Source of the DNA: Tubiluchus corallicola
Lineage: Eukaryota > Animalia > Priapulida
Assembly: GCA_030141605.1 (NCBI GenBank)
Contig: JAQGDQ010000096.1
Span: 62,001-126,000, forward strand
Reading direction: 5' to 3'
Length of the DNA stretch: 64,000 nucleotides
This document shows positions 41,201 to 51,535 of the stretch, piece by piece. A program made the translations under genes and the position numbers. The stretch's first letter is position 1. Each line of letters begins with the position of its first letter. The notes under the pieces are model-generated. The model was not told the DNA's origin, searched no databases, and worked only from the letters and a program-made list of their open reading frames with translations.

Positions 41201-44200
41201 GTCCATGTGAATAAAGCGTTTCAATATACATAATTCTTTAGCGGCACCCTCTTACATGATGTTTTTTGCGTGATTCGGGAAAGAATTAATTAATGTCAAC
41301 AGTATAATAATAACACACAGTAACTGTTGCCAATACAATAGTTTATGATATCAATTCTGATGGAAAAGTCACAAAAATTATGATATATAAGCAAACAATC
41401 TCACAGCCAGTCATACTTACAATATGACTGATAACATTCTACAATACAAAAGACAAATTTATTAAGCAAGCTTACATGAGGATTGCGACCAGGAGCTGGT
41501 GATTGATCATATACTTGTGAACTAGTGTCATCTTGTGGTTCCCTTTCAAATGTTTGAAGCATACGATACATGTCAAGAGTCAGTTCACTAAATTTTATCT
41601 GCAAAACGATATTGATGCAAAGTTAGCCCAGCAAGATAAGCACAAGTAGTCGGACACCTTCACATAGATAACAAATTCTACGAGTTTGCAAATGTAACAA
41701 AAATAATCAGAGCTCACGGTTTCGTTTAATATGTATATATCCCATATTGGTGGTTCTCCAGCTATCTGAAAATGCATGCATTGCCAGGCAGCAAAGATTG
41801 TCGTGTGAAGCCAAAGATTTATAAATTCGGAAACTTTATTGGTCACATAATTTTGTACATTGGTTGTTATTTACTGGAACAAGCATGTACCTGGTCAGCA
41901 CAATTGCCAACAATGAGAATTTCTTGCAAGGTCAATGGAGAAACACTCGTTTTATCTACAGGAGACATTTTTAATGGCGAAAGACGATGAGTGAGTACTA
42001 AAGAATTCAAATCTTCATCCATCACTTTCACTAAATTATCAGCCTGTGAAAAACAAAAATGCTGTGACATTAAAGTGACACATACAAAGAAGAACTACAA
42101 TTTAAGAATCCTACAAGTCTGAAATCGCACAGAAAACCATTGAACACAGAAAACAGATTTCCCACAGAATTTTAAAATAAATTTCCATGACTTTTCCGTG
42201 ACTTTCCTATGACGACATATTGACAGAAATATTTTCCATGACCAAGATAAGCAGAAATTGTACACTCATACACATACTAATATAAAATGTGTCACTCCGG
42301 TCATTATTTTTGAAACAGAAATCGAAACTGGGAGCCTGCCATAGCAAAATTTTATTTGAACACGAATCACTGAAAAATATGTTTGGAAAAACGGTGATTA
42401 TTTTTGCAACCCTTTCCAATTTTCTTGACTTTCTGCCCCATTTTCATCATTTTCGCTGACTTTTTACCAAATTATATTTTCCCTGACTTTCCAAGATAGC
42501 CTGTATTTTCAAGGCTTTTCTCAGATTTTCCCTGACTGTGGGAACCCTGAGAAAAAATTAGATGATTGACAGTATATTATTTTGATATTTGCTACATATA
42601 AAATAAAACTTATAGGTTAATATATCACTTGAAACATGAACAGTAGGTTACAGTGAATTAAATACAGTTATTTTTGCAAGCAAAGCACATATAGCCAAAA
42701 GCTTCAAAATATAAACTTTCTGACATAAAGAACATCGTATTGTAATATTGCTTCAGTTTTTTTCACATGCTGGTGTCACTTAGTCTGTAAAGATTCATAG
42801 TAATTGGTCACAATTACAAAAGGGCTCATCAGTGATTTTTCTGTGTTAAGCCCAACCCTCAGATGAATATCAATACCAACTAGAACATCTAACACAATGG
42901 AAAGAGTACAACTTATGCTAAAAGTTGTCATCAAATGGTCATAAGATAAAAAACAATAAGTATCACTACTGCTGTACTTGTTGAAGCCATATGACAGTGT
43001 GCAATATGTTGCCCTGACACCTCGCTGCCTTACTACTCAGACAGTGTGCAATAAGTTGCCCTGACACCTCGCTGCCTTACTACTCAGACAGTGTGCAATA
43101 AGTTGACCTGACACCTCGCTGCCGTACTACTCAGACCCGCACATACATGGTTCATTCAATAAACCAACTTAAATGTTGTGTCAGTCATTCGCATTACAAA
43201 TTTTCAACACCTGCAGTTGAAATTTACACAAAACTTCAACAGACGGCAGCACCTCTGTCCAAACACACAGATAATATTATGCTCAGACATCTAGAGTTCA
43301 TTATAATAAAAGTTTTAGAATGATGTTCAATTGGCACAGAACATAATAAAAATAGAAAATCAATTTCAGTAACTCACTAAGTAGTCCAAACTAGAACACA
43401 CCAGCCAACATAACAGCTAACACTACAGCAAAAACTATGTAAGTGGCAATAACCTATTATTTACCTCCACGAAAGATTTGATTTCACCCAACACTAAGGA
43501 CCACTCTAACTGATCATCAGGTTCATATGTTGCTGTATAATCATCTATTTGTCGTGATAGTTCCTAGTTAAAATAAAAAAACCCAAAATGAACACAAAAG
43601 TAATTTCGTAATTTGATGGACATGCAGGAACCACTTCACTTCAACTACCAGCACTTCACTTCAACTACCAGCACTTCACTTCAACATGCAGAAACCACTT
43701 CACTTCAACTACCAGCACTTCACTTCAACATGTAGGAACCACTTCACTTCAACTACCAGCACTTCACTTCAACATGCAGGAACCACTTCACTTCAACTAC
43801 CAGCACTTCACTTCAACATGTAGGAACCACTTCACTTCAACTACCAGCACTTCACTTCAACATGCAGGAACCACTTCACTTCAACTACCAGCACTTCACT
43901 TCAACATGTAGAAACCACTTCACTTCAACTACCAGCACGTCACTTCAACATGCAGGAACCACTTCACTTCAACTACCAGCACTTCACTTCAACATGTAGA
44001 AACCACTTCACTTCAACATGCAGAAACCACTTCACTTCAACTACCACCACTTCACTTCAACATGTAGGAACCACTTCACTTCAACTACCAGCACTTCACT
44101 TCAACATGTAGGAACCACTTCACTTCAACTACCAGCACTTCACTTCAACATGTAGGAACCACTTCACTTCAACTACCAGCACTTCACTTCAACATGTAGG

Positions 44201-47200
44201 AACCACTTCACTTCACCTACCAGCACTTCACTTCAACATGTAGGAACCACTTCACTTCAACTACCAGCACTTCACTTCAACATGCAGGAACCACTTCACT
44301 TCAACTACCAGCACTTCACTTCAACATGCAGGAACCACTTCACTTCAACATGCAGGAACCACTTCACTTCAACTACCAGCACTTCACTTCAACATGTAGG
44401 AACCACTTCACTTCAACTACCAGCACTTCACTTCAACATGCAGGAACCACTTCACTTCAACTACCAGCACTTCACTTCAACTACCAGCACTTCACTTCAA
44501 CATGTAGGAACCACTTCACTTCAACTACCAGCACTTCACTTCAACATGCAGGAACCACTTCACTTCAACTACCAGCACTTCACTTCAACATGCAGGAACC
44601 ACTTCACTTCAACTACCACCACTTCACTTCAACATGTAGGAACCACTTCACTTCAACTACCAGCACTTCACTTCAACATGCAGGAACCACTTCACTTCAA
44701 CTACCAGCACTTCACTTCAACATGTAGGAACCACTTCACTTCAACTACCAGCACTTCACTTCAACATGCAGAAACCACTTCACTTCAACTACCAGCACTT
44801 CACTTCAACATGTAGAAACCACTTCACTTCAACTACCAGCACGTCACTTCAACATGTAGAAACCACTTCACTTCAACTACCAGCACGTCACTTCAACATG
44901 TAGGAACCACTTCACTTCAACTACCAGCACTTCACTTCAACATGTAGGAACCACTTCACTTCAACTACCAGCACTTCACTTCAACATGCAGAAACCACTT
45001 CACTTCAACATGTAGGAACCACTTCACTTCAACTACCAGCACGTCACTTCAACATGTAGGAACCACTTCACTTCAACATGTAGAAACCACTTCACTTCAA
45101 CTACCAGCACGTCACTTCAACATGTAGGAACCACTTCACTTCAACTACCAGCACTTCACTTCAACATGTAGGAACCACTTCACTTCAACTACCAGCACGT
45201 CACTTCAACATGTAGGAACCACTTCACTTCAACACGTAGAAACCACTTCACTTCAACTACCAGCACTTCACTTCAACATGCAGGAACCACTTCACTTCAA
45301 CTACCAGCACTTCACTTCAACATGTAGGAACCACTTCACTTCAACTACCAGCACTTCACTTCAACATGTAGGAACCACTTCACTTCAACTAACAGCACTT
45401 CACTTCAACATGTAGGAACCACTTCACTTCAACTACCAGCACTTCACTTCAACATGTAGGAACCACTTCACTTCAACTACCAGCACTTCACTTCAACATG
45501 CAGAAACCACTTCACTTCAACTACCAGCACTTCACTTCAACTACCACCACTTCACTTCAACATGTAGGAACCACTTCACTTCAACTACCAGCACTTCACT
45601 TCAACATGCAGGAACCACTTCACTTCAACTACCAGCACTTCACTTCAACATGTAGGAACCACTTCACTTCAACTACCAGCACTTCACTTCAACATGCAGG
45701 AACCACTTCACTTCAACTACCAGCACGTCACTTCAACATGTAGGAACCACTTCACTTCAACTACCAGCACTTCACTTCAACATGTAGGAACCACTTCACT
45801 TCACCTACCAGCACTTCACTTCAACATGTAGGAACCACTTCACTTCAACTACCAGCATGTAACATGAAACAGACACCTATTAGGAATGAATCAAACAGAA
45901 CCAATTTATTTTTATAGTTTTCTTTTTGTTTGTAGATTTTAATTTGTCCAGTTGAAAAAGACATCTGAAAAAATTCCATCACCATGTTTATCGAATCTTT
46001 ATCTGAAATTGTTTAAAAACTTTAAAATATCAAAAGAAATCACACAAATACTTGTTGAACAAATTTTATCTGTTCTACTTGTTTAGTTTCGTGATGTCTT
46101 TCCAATTTTTATAATGTTGTAGATATATGAAAGAAATCATTCGCATTGAAAAAAACAGATGTAACAGCAAATGATAGATTTACAAATTACACTCACAAAC
46201 AGGCACTTCACATAAATAAGTATGACTTACATTTTTAGCTCGAAGATTTATCAGTTAAAAGTAATACAGCAAGGCTCTACATTTTACTCACCCGGACAAG
46301 CTCTCTAACCATTTTCATTTTTTTGAGCAATAAGCAGACAACAATAAAGCGAGCATAGTAACGTAGTTTCTTCACCATTAGATCAGGCCTGTGAGAACAA
46401 CTGAAAAACAAAACAAAATCAAGTAAAAGTAGCAGTGCAGAAATGTTGTGATAGATTGCAGTGATGTGGTAAGTTTCTTTTACAAAACAGAATGTAATTG
46501 TTTTCTGTTATCATCAAGATCATCGAGTAATCTTCAACTATTTAATCATAATTCTCCAAGGCGATGAAAATGCTATTTTTACTGTTTGTGATATCAAAAC
46601 TATCACTGGTTTTGCTTAGTGAAAACTGAAATTCAACCTTCCAAAATTTGTGTAATCTTTTAATACATCTAATCCTAAACTTTTTTCAATGACAGAATAG
46701 AAAACCTCATCTAATGTTATTACACCGGCAATGTTTTTGGCAAATTCGGGGAATACAGAAGTAGCCTCTACCTACATTGCATGTTGTTTCATTAAAATTG
46801 ACAACATTTTTAAATCTTCTCTAATAGTTTATATGTTTAAAATAAATAATTATTTCTAACCTGTCATCTCTGGTTGCTTTCGAATAGTATGCCCGGGCCT
46901 TGATTGCCGAATAAAAAGAAAAAGCTTCATTGAGGTAATTGGTTTCACTCGTTCTTAAGCTGTAAATACAAGAAAAAATAGAAAAGTGTTTGAATAATTG
47001 TATTATTGTGTAACTATACAATTGTTATATGATCTTGTTATTGTCACCCATCATTTGCACAGGTCTGCATTATATTATATGATATTTTCTACGTGCACAT
47101 TGTATCCATTTACTAATGTATTCTACCGCTCGAGTATATAATAAACAATAAATAAAAGAACATTTCAAATTTGTAGTAGCTACACTAGAATGTGACTCAT

Positions 47201-48441
47201 TAAAGTCACATGAAATGAAATGAATAACCCTGATAATATATGTAGATTTTCATGTTTTAAACAAGAAGCATGAAAATATCAGTATTTACCAAAGAAAATT
47301 GGCATTACTTTTATATAAAAATACAAAATACATAGCTAAAACTGTTGTTTATGTTCTGGTAATTTCACATGCAACATGTTATTAATCTAGATTTCTTGAA
47401 TTAAGTATTTATACAGTTTACTGATTGCCACATTGATAATTTGCAACATGATCAAAATCAAGCAGCAAATTGGGAAAAATATGCATTGGTTCCAATTCAA
47501 TATAGAATCACACTTAAACTGCTGGTTATAATGTACAAGTGTCTCTATGATGTGGCTCCTCAATACAATTTCTATGATGAGGCTCCATGGCAATTCAAAA
47601 CCCAGTCACTCCCTTTCAATTTTTAGAAGGAAGCCTCAGAAAAGAAATATTTCAAAAGTACTGATGAGAAATCAAAGGTAACACAATTGGATAATGGTGA
47701 ACACTATCGTTCTTTTTCCACTGTAATCTTAATAAAATGCAACTGTGTTCAACAGCTTACTAAACACTTTATAATCATGACCACAATTTTTAGTTCTGGC
47801 TCCATTTCGTCATCCATTCACAACTCCCCACACATCAGTGTATATATTCATCATTACTGCACTTATCAAGCCTTTTTTAAGATTCCACGTACAGTTTGGC
47901 CTGTGAAGCTATGCCTTTAAGTTCAAACATTATGTGAATCGTAATTTTCAGGTGCACATGCTAGCTACTAAAGACTCTGTACTTGTATTATCTGGATTAT
48001 ATTGTATTTGTATTTGTAGTTATTTTACTGGATAATTAATTGTATTTTAGTGATACTGTAAGATGCAGTGAGGAAATGAACAAACTTTTGAACTCTTGAA
48101 ATTTAGTCTATTGTAAGTATTCATATAGCCTTCTCATTATGAAAATGGTCTCTTTCTGGATGACCCAATTTATAGATGCAAAACTTTTGCATATCGATCA
48201 TTTCAGTTGCAGGACTGAAACAATGGAACCTGCTTCCAGGTCTATTCTGTGCTTCTTTATTAAGTTTTAGAAAAAACTGAAAGTGCATCTGTTTTACAAG
48301 CTTTTAATTAACTCACTGTCATTTTGGTATGATTTGAATGTTAACGTAAGTACTGAAGGTAGGGTTGTGTATGTTTTTTTCATGAACCAGACCACTATAT
48401 ATCTGACATAGTTATTTGCACACTATAAGGTGCATTGTTAC

Positions 48442-48512
<71 letters not shown>

Positions 48513-50587
48513 GCAATAATAATAAAAATAATAATGACACCCAATGTAAACCAAGTTTTAACACAGAAAGATTTTTAGACAGTAACTAGCCTGAAAAATA
48601 ACCGTAAAATAAAATTTGACCAATATTTTCGAGTGAAGCAAAATTATAGTTTAGCTTAGCTAAAAATCCAGCAATAAAAACAATTTGTGACTACACATTT
48701 CTTTATGGATATATGTTTTTTCTCAAAAATTCTGCAAAAATTCAGTAGTGAACTTGTGAGTTTAGTCAAAACGTGAAAACTTATCAATCATATAAGTGCA
48801 GAATCTTAGTTGAGTGGATAGCAAATACACAGCACCAAAAATAACTTACTAGTAGTGGTAATATAGCTGCCCAATTTTAGATGCCATTTCCCCAATCTGC
48901 CACCGCTTTAAGCCATATTTTAAGTCCAAAACTTGCCTAAAAAGAAAATAAAAGTCAATACTTGAATATGCTTCTTTCACAAGTATGTGATTATAGAAAG
49001 AATGTTAAAATGAAGATTCATGTAAAGATTTAACGCACTTGTCAAAATAAATAACAGTACAAGGTACAGGTTCAACTAACGTGCTCAAACGTTCTATGTT
49101 ATGCCTACAAGGGCACCTGCAATTTTTAGATGCCCAACTCATATACTGGAAAATATGAAAATATAATTGTTTATACTTAGTGTACAGCGAGATTCTAAAC
49201 AAACTTGTATAGAGCATATTAGTTTTACCTAATAACCAGCCAGAAACTAAAAACATGACATGCATTGACAAAAGATATACATGCAGTAACAAAAATACAG
49301 CACTGCTTGTTATTTATACACACCTATTAGCATAGGAAACATTGCCAGTAATGTGGGATAGAGTACCAAAGCTGCTAAAAATGATGTTTAATAAGGTACT
49401 GAGTGCAATTACACATTACGCAACATATCCAAGTTGCAAAATCAGCCGATGGTTTAACTGCAGCATGCGCATAAAGAAATTTGAATCAAAAATATGAAAC
49501 CAGCTGTGCACCTAATGTTTAGCCCAAGCTAAAGCTTTTTGCTGCATTGATGAGAGTTTTCACAGACTTTAATTATTCTTAATCTGTGCAATGAAAAATT
49601 TTAGGACTGAAAATAGCAAGCTGGTAAAAATTTAATGATGAAAGGGTCATCAATCTACCAATGAATATTACTTTTTCAGCAGGAATGCGCGAGGAGCAAA
49701 TGAAATGAGTTAGAAGTCGTATATAATAAACGGGATAAAAAATCCAACAAAATCAAATCTACATAAGTTGCTACTTTACATTAGTGGAAACTAACCTGTT
49801 TTGTTGTTGAAATTTCCAAAGTTTTGTGTAAACATCGAATGTCCTGCCAAAGTACGACTGCCACTGCTTATGACCATATTGTGGCAGGTCACTAAAAAAT
49901 ACAAATGCAGTCCTTTTAGTTGTTCATTTCTTCACTTATTCATTTTTAGACCATTTACTGAACGGACAGAATATGGTAGAAATTTTTGTAAAAATGCTCC
50001 CATTGCTATCCCCCACCCACCTCGGCTACATGCCTGGAACAATTTAGGCTATTTGTGAGCAAACAATATTTTTTGTTTAGGATTTTATCATGATTATGTA
50101 TAAATTTTCGTATGTTTGTTTGTTTAAAATTACAATTACAAATTACAACATAAAAATTACATATGTTAGTTTCGCTTTACACAATATTAAAACAATGGCT
50201 AAATATAATCTGAAGCAGTACCCCAGTAATTTTAGCTACGAGCCACTACAAGTAGTAACTGTAAGTATATAACGGTTCCTCCAGTAACAAATGATTTAAA
50301 TTATCAAGTGAAAATCAATCAGACAGATTGGCAGAGGAGAAAGGAGCAAATAACTATTTCAGTGTTCACCATAAAGGGTCTAAATGATGATGGGGTTTTC
50401 TAATAATTAGCAGGTCTAAATGCTAAATAGTGAAAGTTAGTTTTACACTTTCTCAAAACACAGTACTATATCTGAGTAAAACCCACCGTAATCCATTAAA
50501 CAATTGTTTCGATTTTTCGAGCAAGTGACAAAACTCATTCACAATTTTTCGTTCTTGTTCGTCGCGCTCGATCATCACATCAGACAT
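29095..50587 (-). CDS. SCAI: Protein SCAI (suppressor of cancer cell invasion), complete spliced gene, about 568 aa
   Basis: 14 phase-compatible GT-AG exons: 50587-50487, 49891-49796, 48936-48850, 46959-46861, 46388-46292, 43563-43465, 42043-41891, 41598-41476, 40699-40504, 39834-39744, 31283-31129, 30353-30180, 29778-29678, 29229-29095 (1707 nt incl. TAA). SCAI motifs EFCHLLEKSKQLFNGLRDLPQYG, YGLKRWQIGE, NPHKYLLYKP, LHPGDLYAFTRKP. Confidence 0.96.
29678..29778 (-). CDS. SCAI: SCAI exon 13
   Basis: ISYLQFYGDDFLRLVILRFVFCCATLRLHRSFK. Confidence 0.95.
30180..30353 (-). CDS. SCAI: SCAI exon 12
   Basis: QRHRGNLFTLFLHCPLTAFCYIGNIAEIQLHLWDKAQSYINRTLGELSHLISQSRNI. Confidence 0.95.
31129..31283 (-). 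CDS. SCAI: SCAI exon 11
   Basis: LHPGDLYAFTRKPVFLIIDSDNSNIFQFMPSMFGQPLVILMSPVQVPPAFE. Confidence 0.95.
32235..32927. mobile_element. Tc1/mariner (pogo/Tigger-like) non-autonomous element
   Basis: About 25-bp imperfect TIRs CATTAGTCGCCACTTAATAGACTCA / TGAGTCTATTAAGCGGTGACTACTG with TA on both sides. Confidence 0.8.
33600..34060 (-). mobile_element. Degenerate LINE (RTE-like) reverse transcriptase fragment
   Basis: Minus-strand fragments EQDGFAIWHSTTYCILTFRVLTQQGRE, KVEFDFLDCGAFWLL, VPPKLISILKALYSDT, FTNFCFADDTV in the expected RT order; boundaries approximate. Confidence 0.75.
36336..36398 (-). CDS. SCAI: Candidate alternative 63-nt cassette exon of SCAI
   Basis: ttgacag|...|gtaagt, phase 2-2, open in the SCAI frame: SLDSSSPSDSTDDDSLGRRAI. 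Confidence 0.5.
37038..38400. repeat. 51-bp direct repeat pair (37038-37088 and 38350-38400)
   Basis: CACTAAATATGTTTCACTCGTGCAACAGYGAAGAGTTTAACTATTCACCCC, 1 mismatch. Confidence 0.92.
37428..37494. repeat. 31-bp tandem duplication
   Basis: CCGGGAATCATCAGGAGAAACCTGACTMGGT x2. Confidence 0.9.
39744..39834 (-). CDS. SCAI: SCAI exon 10
   Basis: AYDRGGLACSSKKEPEHLNKKPANVKDMHS. Confidence 0.9.
40504..40699 (-). CDS. SCAI: SCAI exon 9
   Basis: LLSQEVDNRFGRRDNPHKYLLYKPSFSQLFVFLASGFKELPPGGAMCLYFSADG. Confidence 0.95.
41476..41598 (-). CDS. SCAI: SCAI exon 8
   Basis: IKFSELTLDMYRMLQTFEREPQDDTSSQVYDQSPAPGRNPH. Confidence 0.93.
41891..42043 (-). CDS. SCAI: SCAI exon 7
   Basis: ADNLVKVMDEDLNSLVLTHRLSPLKMSPVDKTSVSPLTLQEILIVGNCADQ. 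Confidence 0.93.
42154..42549. mobile_element. Degenerate hAT-like MITE
   Basis: CAGATTTCCCACAG / CTGTGGGAACCCTG termini with repeated TTTTCC(C)TGAC subterminal motifs; no clean TSD. Confidence 0.6.
42993..43136. repeat. 47-bp tandem repeat, 3 copies
   Basis: GACAGTGTGCAATAAGTTGCCCTGACACCTCGCTGCCTTACTACTCA x3. Confidence 0.95.
43465..43563 (-). CDS. SCAI: SCAI exon 6
   Basis: ELSRQIDDYTATYEPDDQLEWSLVLGEIKSFVE. Confidence 0.95.
43621..45857. repeat. Compound 24-bp/20-bp minisatellite (44-bp dimer), about 2.2 kb
   Basis: A = CATGYAGRAACCACTTCACTTCAA, B = CTACCAGCACTTCACTTCAA; mostly AB alternation. Confidence 0.98.
46292..46388 (-). CDS. SCAI: SCAI exon 5
   Basis: PDLMVKKLRYYARFIVVCLLLKKMKMVRELVR. 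Confidence 0.95.
46861..46959 (-). CDS. SCAI: SCAI exon 4
   Basis: LRTSETNYLNEAFSFYSAIKARAYYSKATRDDR. Confidence 0.95.
47441..47570 (+). mobile_element. L2/CR1-type LINE ORF2 3' relic
   Basis: LQHDQNQAA...MHW/PIQYRITLKLLVIMYKCLYDVAPQY resembles the LHWLPIxxRIxFKxLxxxYKxLxxxAPxYL segment of L2-clade LINEs. Confidence 0.7.
48442..48535. repeat. (AAT)n microsatellite
   Basis: About 30 TAA triplets, a few interrupted at the right end. Confidence 0.97.
48850..48936 (-). CDS. SCAI: SCAI exon 3
   Basis: QVLDLKYGLKRWQIGEMASKIGQLYYHYY. Confidence 0.95.
49796..49891 (-). CDS. SCAI: SCAI exon 2
   Basis: DLPQYGHKQWQSYFGRTFDVYTKLWKFQQQNR. Confidence 0.95.
50487..50587 (-). CDS. SCAI: SCAI coding exon 1
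   Basis: MSDVMIERDEQERKIVNEFCHLLEKSKQLFNGLR|gtgggt; start codon inferred. Confidence 0.88.
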
Positions 50588-51535
50588 TACGCTGCATTAG
50601 CGGGTGACTTCTTACGTCAGACTAGGTAATAACTATTAAAACTCATAACGTAATTTAGACTATGCCGATAATTTACAGATTTATCACATATTAATTAAGT
50701 TATGCACAACGAAAAACCAAACTACACCACCACCACATTGAGGAATATTCCCAAAGAATCTTCGTTGCAAACGACGCACTTTCCAACCATCTAAGTTCAA
50801 GTTAGAAAATTTTGTTACCGTTCTTCTTAAAGTAGTCCACATCAGTTCAAGAAACTTAAGTCGGCAACAACTTCTCCGATCTCCACAGAAGAAGAGATCA
50901 GCATTACGGCAGCAAACTTTGATCATAATTCTCCCATAACTTATTCATTATTATTTTATTCTTTATGAACTTTTATTCAAATAGCTGAAACAAATATTAC
51001 ACAAGTCATTTTTTCTCTTTCTTTCATTGCTGAAAAATATAATATTTAACTGTATTTTCTATCAGTGTGCTTCTATTTAAATAGTTAGCTAACTATCTAT
51101 GTAATACAAATTATACCAAAAATGATAATTATTGTTATTACTTACACTTTATTAACCTTTTGCACAGAGCTTTTATCAGTAAACTTTATATGTACACACT
51201 ATTTGACATGTATGTACTGTATTGTGTTTGCTAATGTACATTATAATAATGAATTTGAGCAATAAATTGAAATTGAATTGTTCACACAAACACAGTCGGA
51301 CCCAGTCCTCGTTCTAGACTAAAAAGAGAGCAGAAATACATTGTAAACATTTGGTCCACTGCAACGAGTTGAGAGTTCTGCAAAAAGAAGTGAGCTGAAT
51401 CATGCCCGTTCCTCCCTAGATGCATAATTCAATAGACAAGCATACAGTCATGATCATGTTCTTCCCCATTGGACTCATTTTTATAATACCACGCTGATAA
51501 TACAAAGACTTGTAGCAGTTGTAGAGCTTCTTTAA

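Noticed and set aside
44282-45743. Repetitive ORFs of 81-177 aa (MQEPLHFNYQHFTST...)
   Set aside because: Translations of the satellite that cycle through frames, antisense to SCAI; no independent coding evidence.
43621-45857. CRISPR-like repeat-spacer array
   Set aside because: Only two spacer types of 6 and 10 nt; not acquired sequences.
50684-50926. 80-aa minus-strand ORF upstream of SCAI
   Set aside because: No recognisable homology or splice link to SCAI; as with most short ORFs in the track, likely chance.
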